From a virus, in the IMG/VR virus record IMGVR_UViG_3300045988_125206: a stretch of 64,000 nt of DNA. One strand, given 5' to 3'. Shown here in pieces: positions 51,545 through 59,933 of the stretch (the first letter of the stretch is position 1; every line of letters begins with the position of its first letter). The notes beneath the pieces were generated by a model. The model was not told the DNA's origin. It searched no databases and was given only the letters and a program-made list of their open reading frames with translations. A program made the translations under genes and the position numbers.

Positions 51545-52882
51545 TTATTGTTTTACTAATTTTTCTAAAATTCCATCTTCTGCATTTTTAATAACTCCAT
51601 CTACGTATGTACCAGTAACTTTAGAAATATCTAATTTTCTTTCTACATATTCTTCAGTTGAACTTTTTGCAGTGGAGCCATCTGTTCCAAGATAAAGATT
51701 TGTAATAGAACCACCAGAAATATTACATTGCATTGAATTAAGAGTTCCACTTACATCTGAAGCAGCTTCTCCTCCTAAGTATGCTTTTTCAATAGTGCCA
51801 TTTTTAATATTGTAAACTGCATCTTTAACAGAACCTCTATTTGTAGATTGTAATATTTGAATAGTACCACCATTCATATTTAAAGTTCCTGCATTTGTAT
51901 TTCCATTGGAACCACCAATAGTAACATAATAAAATGCTCCATCATTAATATTTAATTCAACATTTGTTTCGACATTAGAATCTGCCCCAACTCCTCCACC
52001 ATAAACACATGATTGAACTATTCCACCATTAATAGTCATTTTAACATTATAGACTGTATTTGGAAACATTTTTCTATAATAATCACACCAAGCTGCGCCA
52101 GCGCCATTTATATTTTTAACAATTCCACCATTAATAATAATTTCTGCTGTATCAACAATTCCACCAGCTTCATTACCACCTTGAATATTTGCTACTGAGC
52201 CACTATTTACAGTAATTTTAGTATGTGGAAAATACAATGGCGTAGTTATAGAAATACCTCCACCACAAACATTTATTTTAGAACCGTCAGGAAAAACTTG
52301 TTCTCCACCAATCCATTTAATTTTAATAGCTTCTTCTGCTGAATCATCTTTTTCAATTACTATTGGATGTCCAAGAGCAAAGAAAACATTCATTGTTTTA
52401 TCATAATATGGAGACATACTATTTATAATAATTTTGTCTTCTTTTAAATCATTTTCCATCGTAGTTTTATCATAAGAAACAATCTTATTAATCTTTTCTA
52501 CTAATTTAGAATCATCGTATGCTTCTGGAATTGTAATATTCTTTTTAATCCAATTTGCCAAATCTGCAGTCTTGGTATAAGATTTTAATTGAGATTCTAA
52601 TTCGCTGTCAGTAACAATTGCTTCTGGATTTTCTGTAAAATAATTTTGTACTGCTTGCGCGATATCCTCTGCAGAAACTGAACCAGAGTTTGAATTAGAA
52701 TTTTGAATTTTCCATTTATTTTCGCCGTTTAGAATATATTTTGAATTATTCTCAATACAAAAAGCAGTTGAACCCATTTTTATATTCTTTGTAGATAATT
52801 CATTTAATTCTTTAATATTATCTACAACAAAATCAGAAATACCATATTGAGTATTTCCATTTTGAGATATAACCCCAATCAT
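51545..52882 (-). CDS. beta-helix-like repeat protein, hypothetical
   Basis: Repeated INGGIV / NGGTI / GGSI modules, Gly/Asn-rich. Confidence 0.45.
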   Translation of the reverse strand: MIGVISQNGNTQYGISDFVVDNIKELNELSTKNIKMGSTAFCIENNSKYILNGENKWKIQNSNSNSGSVSAEDIAQAVQNYFTENPEAIVTDSELESQLKSYTKTADLANWIKKNITIPEAYDDSKLVEKINKIVSYDKTTMENDLKEDKIIINSMSPYYDKTMNVFFALGHPIVIEKDDSAEEAIKIKWIGGEQVFPDGSKINVCGGGISITTPLYFPHTKITVNSGSVANIQGGNEAGGIVDTAEIIINGGIVKNINGAGAAWCDYYRKMFPNTVYNVKMTINGGIVQSCVYGGGVGADSNVETNVELNINDGAFYYVTIGGSNGNTNAGTLNMNGGTIQILQSTNRGSVKDAVYNIKNGTIEKAYLGGEAASDVSGTLNSMQCNISGGSITNLYLGTDGSTAKSSTEEYVERKLDISKVTGTYVDGVIKNAEDGILEKLVKQ

Positions 52883-53001
52883 AATTTTTTCCTCCTTTAT
52901 AAAATTTTAAAAGGTTTTACCTTTATTATAAATAAAGGTAAAATAATATATTTTATTTATTTCTGCCCCAATAAAAAAGGAGCAAGAATAAATCTTGCTC
53001 C

Positions 53002-53715
53002 TCAGACTAAGAAATTATCTCCCATAATCATATCCATTGTAATATTATCTTTTTCCCAATATGGAATACGAACTAATGGAATATTATTATTTTTAGCCCA
53101 TTCATTTTTCTTTTTATCTCGTTCTTGTCTATCTTTTAAAGTATAGCGATTATCTTTATGAAAAGAAACTTCTTTATAGTGATGTTCTCCATCAAATTCT
53201 ATGATTCTAATAATTTTTTTATCTTTTAATAAAGCAAAATCAAAACGAGCATTATTTAATTCCGATACACAAAATTCTGAAATATATTGGATATTATTTT
53301 CTTTTAAAATAGATTCAATTTTTGCTTCTCCAAAAGATTTTTTAATACATCCACATGATAAAGTTGAACCATTTTTTAAATTTGTTGTTAATACTTTTTT
53401 AGTATTTCCGCATTTACATTGACATAACCAAAGTACTTGATGATTTCTTCTTTCACCGCTATCTTTAATTACAGTTAAAAAACCAAATTTTTGTCCAGTT
53501 AAATCATTTATATTTTTAGGACCTTGTTTTTGTCCAGCTTTAACTCTTTCGCAACCACAAGATTTTGTATGTCCATTTCGTAAATAAGCGCCTCTAACAT
53601 TTACAATTTTTCCACAATCACATTGACACTTCCATTGAATTGGAGATGTTTGCGGAATTCGCTCTAAAACCTTTAAATGATTAAATTTTTGACCAGTTAT
53701 ATCTATAAACTTCAT
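53002..53715 (-). CDS. putative nuclease with tandem Zn-binding DNA-binding repeats and a C-terminal DUF559/PD-(D/E)xK-like domain (homing-endonuclease-like)
   Basis: Two repeats of TGQKF..L.V...W.CQC.CG.......L.NG.T.SCGC. C-terminal IRIIEFDGEHHY. Confidence 0.5.
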   Translation of the reverse strand: MKFIDITGQKFNHLKVLERIPQTSPIQWKCQCDCGKIVNVRGAYLRNGHTKSCGCERVKAGQKQGPKNINDLTGQKFGFLTVIKDSGERRNHQVLWLCQCKCGNTKKVLTTNLKNGSTLSCGCIKKSFGEAKIESILKENNIQYISEFCVSELNNARFDFALLKDKKIIRIIEFDGEHHYKEVSFHKDNRYTLKDRQERDKKKNEWAKNNNIPLVRIPYWEKDNITMDMIMGDNFLV

Positions 53716-53832
53716 ATAGACTCCTCCTTTTTACTTTCTATTATATATAAATAATATTTTAAAAGATTGAGTCTATGTTGTCCAAACAAAAAAAAATGAG
53801 CTGGAATAAAACTTCCAGCTCACGTATTATTC

Positions 53833-55356
53833 TTATTTAATACAAGAGTATCTTTCTGAATCAAGCTTCTTTAACATTAAAGAGTAGCCATCCTCTCCAG
53901 AGAGAATTTCTTCTATCATTGTCATTGAAAATCCAGATACATAGGAGAATCTTCCGCCAAGGGCCGGAATGTTATTCTGTCTTGCATCAAGATTCCAGAA
54001 AATTACTCTTGGAAGTTCATAGCCATAAGCCATCCATCTCTGAGCAATATTCTCAAGCAGAGTATTGATTTCACCAATACCACCGGTAATACGGTTTCCA
54101 AAGCTCCAACGCTCTCTGGAAGGACGTCCAAAGGACATACATCCATTAAACTCCATATCAGAGAAGATATAAAGAGTTTTTGGCATCTCAGAAGCAGGAA
54201 CTTTATTTTTAAGAGCGACATTCAACATGAGGTCAAAAGTTGCCTCAATGTTTGTACTTCCGCCCCAGTCAGCAGAACGTGCTCTCTGGAATTTATCATA
54301 AATGTCTACTCCATCAAATCTAACAAACTGAGGATTGCTGGAGAAAGTGATGAAGTGGTTCTGGAAAGGACCTTTACCACGCTCTGCGATATAAGCACCC
54401 ATAGATACTGCCGCATCCATTGGAGTACCGCTCATAGAGCCAGATACATCGACGATTGCAATTCCGTTCTCCTCACGACCATTGTAGTAGTCTTTAAGGT
54501 TTGCCCAGTATTTATCCCACATCAAACGCTCAGTCTGAGTTGGAGCGCCATAATATCCACCATAACCGAAAATCTGACTTGCGATATCTACTGGATTCAG
54601 GACTGCCGCATTAACAGTCTTAGTCTCATCCTTAGCAAAATCTGCATAAGTCTGTGCTCCAGCTTTTGCACGCTCAATGTCGTGTCTTGCGAAGGCATTC
54701 TTATACTTCATACCTGCTTTAGATGGAATCTTATCGAACTCAATTTCATCCCAACGATTCTCAGACATTAAACGCTCAAGAACATTAATACGAGCACGAA
54801 GGATGGAAAGAGTCTTACGATACTGTTTTGCAGTCATTCCAAAATATTTACGAGTTACTTTTCCAAGTCTGCGAGACTCATGAGAAGAAGTATTCTCAGA
54901 TTTCAGCCATTTTGCAAGCAGAGATGGAGTTTTGCACTGAACATCAAGTGCGAGCTGGTCTTTCATAATCTTCAGAGCATCTCCCTCAAGAGCTGTTCCT
55001 ACGAATACATACAGGTCATCCCAACGACCAAACTCTGGTACATGAATCAGGTTTCTACGTACCGCTTCTCTATCAACAGCAACCAGGTCTTTGATTGCTA
55101 CACGGAAAAATCTACGCTCACCCTGTCCACCACGCACGTCACGCAGATAGAACAAACATTTCAGAGCGTAAACAGGATTCTCTTTGAAAGCGTTTCTTAC
55201 AAGTGTTTTTACATCATCATCGCTTCTATTACGATATGCTCCACCAAGTGCAAACATATCCAGCAAATCAGACTTAGTTGTCTTATGTGTAATAGCACCA
55301 TTCTCAGTTGTTGTAAAGTTTGTAGCTGCTTTCATTCCATTCATAAAACTATTCAT
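53833..55356 (-). CDS. DUF2828-like protein with C-terminal vWA domain (possibly TROVE-like N-terminal module)
   Basis: MIDAS IAIVDVSGSMSG in the C-terminal half. About 300-aa helical N-terminal domain. GC-richer than the genome. A 210-nt leader follows its promoter. Confidence 0.55.
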   Translation of the reverse strand: MNSFMNGMKAATNFTTTENGAITHKTTKSDLLDMFALGGAYRNRSDDDVKTLVRNAFKENPVYALKCLFYLRDVRGGQGERRFFRVAIKDLVAVDREAVRRNLIHVPEFGRWDDLYVFVGTALEGDALKIMKDQLALDVQCKTPSLLAKWLKSENTSSHESRRLGKVTRKYFGMTAKQYRKTLSILRARINVLERLMSENRWDEIEFDKIPSKAGMKYKNAFARHDIERAKAGAQTYADFAKDETKTVNAAVLNPVDIASQIFGYGGYYGAPTQTERLMWDKYWANLKDYYNGREENGIAIVDVSGSMSGTPMDAAVSMGAYIAERGKGPFQNHFITFSSNPQFVRFDGVDIYDKFQRARSADWGGSTNIEATFDLMLNVALKNKVPASEMPKTLYIFSDMEFNGCMSFGRPSRERWSFGNRITGGIGEINTLLENIAQRWMAYGYELPRVIFWNLDARQNNIPALGGRFSYVSGFSMTMIEEILSGEDGYSLMLKKLDSERYSCIK

Positions 55357-55569
55357 AGATAAAATCTCCTTTTTCTCTTAACCTTGTTACAAGGTCGTAA
55401 TTGATTTTTAACAAGATACTTTTTGGTTAGGGCGTTTTAATTTTTCCCACTTAAACTACAGAATTGCTTCTGGTTGGATATGGACCAACATTCCCTTTAC
55501 TTTCGTTTATACCTACCACAGTATAAAAATATTTTTTAGCTGTAAGCACCTTTCTTTATCTTACATATA

Positions 55570-55598
55570 TATTATATTATATTTTTATTTAAAAATCA
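55570..55598 (-). promoter_or_regulatory. consensus promoter copy located about 210 nt upstream of the DUF2828/vWA gene start
   Basis: Minus strand reads TTGATTtttaaataaaaatataaTATAAT. An unusually long leader precedes the ATG at 55356. Confidence 0.6.
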
Positions 55599-55613
55599 AT
55601 TAAGATTTTTAAG

Positions 55614-55687
55614 AGGCGGGAAGGGGATTCGAACCCCTGAATAGCGGTTTTGCAGACCGCCGCCTTAACCAACTTGGCTACCCCGCC
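55614..55687 (-). tRNA. tRNA-Cys (GCA)
   Basis: Cloverleaf folded by hand. Acceptor GGCGGGG/TCCCGCC, anticodon stem GCGGT/ACCGC, loop CTGCAAA, T-arm AGGGGTTCGAATCCCCT. Confidence 0.8.
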
Positions 55688-56151
55688 TGAAATTCTTCTA
55701 TCGGATATCCATTCTCCGCAAACCACTCTTGAATTGGTTCACGTTCTGAACAATGATTTCCAAAAGCCTCATGTACAATTAGAATTACAACTGGTTCCTC
55801 TTGGAATTTTTCTCGTTCTTTAACAGCATTTCCAATAGACTCAATTCTTGAAAGAATATTTTGAAAATCTAAATGCTCTAATTGCATTTTATATGTTTTT
55901 AAAAACATACAATCATTTGCGGTACTTGCACATCCTTCTGGACCAGAACATAATCCTTCACATAAAGGACCTGGCGCAAATGGCTCTGCTCTTAAACCAT
56001 TCCATACTCCATTTTTATCTTTAAATTGATAATCTTGACCTTGATTTCTATGAAACCATTTAGGATCCCATTTAGCTGTACTAAGAGGAACCATATAAGG
56101 TTTAAAAAATCGAATCTGATAAAAATAAGATGTCATAATTTTCATATTCAT
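55678..56151 (-). CDS. hypothetical Cys-rich protein
   Basis: 157-aa ORF between tRNA-Cys and the tRNA 3' half. Confidence 0.4.
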   Translation of the reverse strand: MNMKIMTSYFYQIRFFKPYMVPLSTAKWDPKWFHRNQGQDYQFKDKNGVWNGLRAEPFAPGPLCEGLCSGPEGCASTANDCMFLKTYKMQLEHLDFQNILSRIESIGNAVKEREKFQEEPVVILIVHEAFGNHCSEREPIQEWFAENGYPIEEFQAG

Positions 56152-56164
56152 TCTCCTTTAAAAG

Positions 56165-56199
56165 TGTGCCAGGCGGGACTTGAACCCGCGGTAACCGGA
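56165..56199 (-). tRNA. 3' half of a split tRNA (anticodon 3' stem, variable loop, T-arm, acceptor 3' strand)
   Basis: TCCGG TTACC GCGGGTTCAAGTCCCGC CTGGCAC A. It pairs 7/7 in the acceptor and 5/5 in the anticodon stem with the 5' half at 56762-56802. Confidence 0.6.
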
Positions 56200-56622
56200 T
56201 TAACTTAAAATTTTATCAAAAGTATAATCTTTTACGAGGTTACAATTAGATTGATTATTTTTAGGTTTATCCATTCTAAACATAATAGATTTTTTTGATC
56301 CAATTTTTTCTATTGGAACTAATAATAATTCATCCCATTCAGCTAAATAGAATACAAAATAATCAATATCATTCTCATAAGTTGTATAATGCTTATTTGT
56401 AGTATGATTTGTACTACTAGCACAAGGACAAATAATAGAATTATTTTCAGATATTTTTTGATTACAATATTTTACTTGAATTTTATTTAATTTTCCATTA
56501 AAATCTGCAACTAAATCATATCTGGCATTATCTCCATATGGAATGGAAACTGCAATTCCATATTTTATAAATTCAGCTAATGCTAATGCCTCTCCAATAT
56601 TTCCTTTATCTTTACTATTCAT
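56200..56622 (-). CDS. PD-(D/E)xK-like nuclease (intron/HE-like) inserted in a split tRNA gene
   Basis: GNIGEALALAEF ... YDLVAD ... KIQVKY pattern (E, D, Q/E-x-K). Its stop codon abuts the tRNA 3' half. Confidence 0.5.
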   Translation of the reverse strand: MNSKDKGNIGEALALAEFIKYGIAVSIPYGDNARYDLVADFNGKLNKIQVKYCNQKISENNSIICPCASSTNHTTNKHYTTYENDIDYFVFYLAEWDELLLVPIEKIGSKKSIMFRMDKPKNNQSNCNLVKDYTFDKILS

Positions 56623-56641
56623 TTTATTTTTACTCCTTTTA

Positions 56642-56714
56642 TATATACTATGAGGATAACGAGGCTCGAACTCGCGACTCTCAAATTAAAAGTTTGATAC
56701 TCTACCAACTGAGT
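56642..56714 (-). tRNA. tRNA-Lys (TTT)
   Basis: Acceptor GAGGATA/TATCCTC, D-arm ACTCAGTTGGTAGAGT, anticodon stem TCAAA/TTTGA with loop CTTTTAA, T-arm GCGAGTTCGAGCCTCGT. Confidence 0.85.
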
Positions 56715-56761
56715 TATATCCTCATACTATATATAAAATTTGTAAAAATAAAATGATAAGT

Positions 56762-56802
56762 ATTAGACCAAGACTGAGACTCCGGTGCTTTGCCAACTAA
56801 GC
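56762..56802 (-). tRNA. 5' half of a split tRNA (acceptor 5' strand, D-arm, anticodon 5' stem)
   Basis: GTGCCAG TA GCTT AGTTGGCA AAGC A CCGGA gtctcag... No T-arm follows. The partner lies 0.56 kb downstream on the same strand. Confidence 0.6.
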
Positions 56803-57131
56803 TACTGGCACAAAAAGAGGGGCAAAAATGCCCCTTTTTTCAAGGCATAATAATCATCCTTTTTCAAAAATATATTTTATTGTCATATAATAAAATATTT
56901 ACTTGAATTTAATCAACGATTGCTGTTTATGCCTTAATGTAAATTATAAAACCATTAAAAATTAAATAGATGCTTCTTTTCACTAATACTGCTTTGTATA
57001 TCAAGAGCCCAGCCTATTTAGTCTACTAAGAAGCATTGCATTATTAAATCATCATATTTTAATATGTATGTTGATTTTACCAATAATATCCATTTGAGAT
57101 ATAAATTGTTTTGCAGTTTATGGCTCTTTAG

Positions 57132-57203
57132 AGCGGATAACGGGATTCGAACCCGTGACACATGCTTGGAAGACACGTATGTTGCCAACTACACCACACC
57201 CGC
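57132..57203 (-). tRNA. tRNA-Gly (TCC)
   Basis: Acceptor GCGGGTG/TATCCGC (with GU pairs), anticodon loop CTTCCAA, T-arm ACGGGTTCGAATCCCGT. Confidence 0.75.
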
Positions 57204-57313
57204 ATATTTAGCAAATGTTTTAAACATTTGCTATTTTTAAGAGGAAATTTAAAAAGAGGAAAGTTCTTTAACTTTCTATATTTATTATATCAAAAAATTT
57301 TATAAAAATCAAA

Positions 57314-57640
57314 TCATTTCATTTTATACCATTTGTACCACTGTCTATAAGATTCTTTTTTATCTGGATATTTACAATATTTAGAAGTTTTCATTTCAGG
57401 AAAATTCATTTTAAACCAATAATAATGTCTAATTTCACTCTCCCAATACTCTTCCCAAGTCATTTTATATCCATAATCACAAATATCCCAAGTTTCATAA
57501 ATTTTTTTAAAATCACCTTTTGAAAGTTTTATATCTGGATGCTGTTTTAACCAAGAACGAACTGTTTGATTTGCAATCCGTTTTTTTATTTTACCTTTTT
57601 TATCTCCAGACCAAGGTGTTTTTTTATAACTTCTACTCAT
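57314..57640 (-). CDS. hypothetical Trp/Tyr-rich protein
   Basis: 108-aa ORF inside the tRNA cluster. Confidence 0.35.
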   Translation of the reverse strand: MSRSYKKTPWSGDKKGKIKKRIANQTVRSWLKQHPDIKLSKGDFKKIYETWDICDYGYKMTWEEYWESEIRHYYWFKMNFPEMKTSKYCKYPDKKESYRQWYKWYKMK

Positions 57641-57725
57641 TATCTAAATCCTCCTTTCTAAGGACTTAGAAGACTGTACCAATATGATAGAACATATATT
57701 ATCCCTCCTATTGATTTTTAGTCAG

Positions 57726-57807
57726 TGCTGGTAGCGGGATTCGAACCCGCAAGGCTCGGGGCCAGCGGATTTTAAGTCCGCCGTGTATACCGTTCCACCA
57801 TACCAGC
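57726..57807 (-). tRNA. tRNA-Leu (TAA), type II with long variable arm
   Basis: Acceptor GCTGGTA/TACCAGC, anticodon stem GCGGA/TCCGC with loop CTTAAAA, long variable arm, T-arm GCGGGTTCGAATCCCGC. Confidence 0.75.
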
Positions 57808-58008
57808 TTAATACTCCTCACACTCCGGTGAGGAGTTTATCTTGAATAGTTTATCAAGACACTTTATTTTTCATTTGAGGGATTTGAACCCTCTAAAAAT
57901 CATTCACAACACAATTTTATTATCCATTTTCTTTAATTGCTGAGAAAGTGTCTTTTTTAATTTATATATAAATTATAACATATATTTTTTTTAAAAGCAA
58001 ATTTTTAT

Positions 58009-59127
58009 TTAAAGAGCATAATGAAGATTTTTTGCCCCAGCTCTACGAAGAGAAATATAATCTACTTCTCTTTCCTGACGCTTTTTGAGAGCTGCAATCT
58101 CTTCATCATTATCATCGTAATAGTTAGGCAGCCAATTAAGACCAACCTTTTTACCATCAACGATCATACCACCTTTATCATAATCATAGGTTATACCGCC
58201 AGATTCAAATGAAGCATAGAAATTAAAGCCATTTTCATCATAACAATCCATGGTAATAGTCTCTTCTTCAAATAAATCAAGATAAACAGTTCTTTTGACG
58301 TGTCCGCCATCTTTAAAATAAAGAATTGCATTATAAGTTTCTTTTTCGACACGAATAATATTTAAGTCTTTAATCGCATCTTCGAAAGTAGAACCAAGAG
58401 TAAGCTCAAAAGCAATTGCCCGCAAACAGTCATAGTTAAGATTAACTTTACGACTAAATGCAATTACTTTATTGATTTCACCATACATACACTCTGGAAT
58501 TTGATCTTCAAGATAGGATTTTACTTCCATATCTGTTGGATACTCAAAGCGAATATGATAATGAAAACGACCAGGTCTATTAACAAGATAGTCATTCAAC
58601 CCTCTTAATTCATTACAAGTAATCACAAAAAGTTTCTTTCCTTGACTTAATCCATCAAAGAGTGTAAGCATCTCTGTCTGCGGATCGGCAATAGAATTTG
58701 AATCATCTCTATTACCAGAAAATGTTTTATCAAATTCATCGAAAAGAACTACAACTTCCTGTTGGATTGAAGCAAGAAAATCCGCAATTCCTGGATAATA
58801 ACAATTTACAATAATAAGCGGATAACCTTCTTCTATACCCCTTGCTGCAAGTAATTTAGCGAAAAGAGATTTTCCAATACCCTTATCACCAGATAAAATC
58901 ACACCAAGATTTCTATTAACAAGTTTAAAAGAGCCTAATACCTTTTGAACTTTCTGAAGATGAACTCCATAAATTTTTTCAGAAATCTTAATGTCATCAT
59001 ACTTAGTTAAATAGAATCCTGCTTGTGGATTAAAATCCACCTGATAACACTGAGCAGGTAATTTATCTGAAGTTTGAACACTGTTATCATAAATTCTGTA
59101 AATACTTCCTGTGTTTACAATTTGCAT
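58009..59127 (-). CDS. AAA-family ATPase
   Basis: Walker A GDKGIGKS. Walker B VVVLFDEFD. Confidence 0.55.
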   Translation of the reverse strand: MQIVNTGSIYRIYDNSVQTSDKLPAQCYQVDFNPQAGFYLTKYDDIKISEKIYGVHLQKVQKVLGSFKLVNRNLGVILSGDKGIGKSLFAKLLAARGIEEGYPLIIVNCYYPGIADFLASIQQEVVVLFDEFDKTFSGNRDDSNSIADPQTEMLTLFDGLSQGKKLFVITCNELRGLNDYLVNRPGRFHYHIRFEYPTDMEVKSYLEDQIPECMYGEINKVIAFSRKVNLNYDCLRAIAFELTLGSTFEDAIKDLNIIRVEKETYNAILYFKDGGHVKRTVYLDLFEEETITMDCYDENGFNFYASFESGGITYDYDKGGMIVDGKKVGLNWLPNYYDDNDEEIAALKKRQEREVDYISLRRAGAKNLHYAL

Positions 59128-59189
59128 TTATTTATCATTCTCTCTTTCTTTATCTTATAAATATATTATATAATATTTTTAAAATAAAA

Positions 59190-59822
59190 TCAATTTATCA
59201 TCCATTGTTTTGGAAATCCATCTTCATGAACAACTCGCATTTGTTCTTCATTATTATACCAATCTCCAATAGGCAAATGTTTTTCATAATCAGTTGAAAA
59301 ATTTTGCCATAATTCTTTCCATATATATTCATCATTAATGCGAAAATCACCATTAAAATTATCAATAATTTCTTTTCCTTTTAAGAAACTTTGAAAATCG
59401 TTTTCAAAAATAATAACTCCACCATTCGCACTATAAGGAGGATGCGCGGCAGGATAAGCACTTCCAGCAGGAAAGTCTAAATAATGATCGCAATTTTTAA
59501 TAAAATATATATCTGAATCAACTAAACACAATTTAACTCCTACTGGCACTTGAAAAGCATAAATTTTATTTATTGTATATTTAATCCTTTCATCTCTGTC
59601 TAAATTAGGAGTATTTAAAAGATTAAAATTTGCAATAAAAATATTTTTTTCAGGAAAAATTTTTCTTATATTATCTATATCTATATTACTGGCTAATAGA
59701 ATAAAGAAATCTTTTTGATAAATACTATTAACAGTTTTTAAACTATCATATAAACGTCTTGCTCCTAAAGCATAATCTTCAGTTGCTAACATTGTTCCAA
59801 ACATTTTTCTCATATTTATCAT
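59190..59822 (-). CDS. GT8-family (glycogenin-like) glycosyltransferase
   Basis: N-terminal ATEDYALGARRLYDSL. DxD-like LVDSDIYF. The annotated upstream ATG at 59873 overlaps the promoter -35, so the likely start is the MINMRK codon near 59822, after an AAGAGGA RBS. Confidence 0.55.
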   Translation of the reverse strand: MINMRKMFGTMLATEDYALGARRLYDSLKTVNSIYQKDFFILLASNIDIDNIRKIFPEKNIFIANFNLLNTPNLDRDERIKYTINKIYAFQVPVGVKLCLVDSDIYFIKNCDHYLDFPAGSAYPAAHPPYSANGGVIIFENDFQSFLKGKEIIDNFNGDFRINDEYIWKELWQNFSTDYEKHLPIGDWYNNEEQMRVVHEDGFPKQWMIN

Positions 59823-59844
59823 CCTCTTATCTTTTTCTATAATA

Positions 59845-59873
59845 ATTATATAATATTTTTTATAAAAAATCAA
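59845..59873 (-). promoter_or_regulatory. consensus promoter copy for the GT8 gene, back-to-back with a plus-strand promoter
   Basis: Minus strand reads TTGATTttttataaaaaatattaTATAAT. Plus-strand TTGATT(59878-83)-18-TATAAT(59902-07) drives the cysteine desulfurase gene. Confidence 0.65.
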
Positions 59874-59877
59874 TTTT

Positions 59878-59907
59878 TTGATTTTTCAACTAAAAATGTG
59901 GTATAAT
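59878..59907 (+). promoter_or_regulatory. plus-strand sigma70-like promoter for the cysteine desulfurase gene
   Basis: TTGATTtttcaactaaaaatgtggTATAAT (extended -10 TGgTATAAT). RBS GAGGAGG at 59921-27. ATG at 59934. Confidence 0.6.
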
Positions 59908-59933
59908 AATAATATATTGAGGAGGATTTAAAA

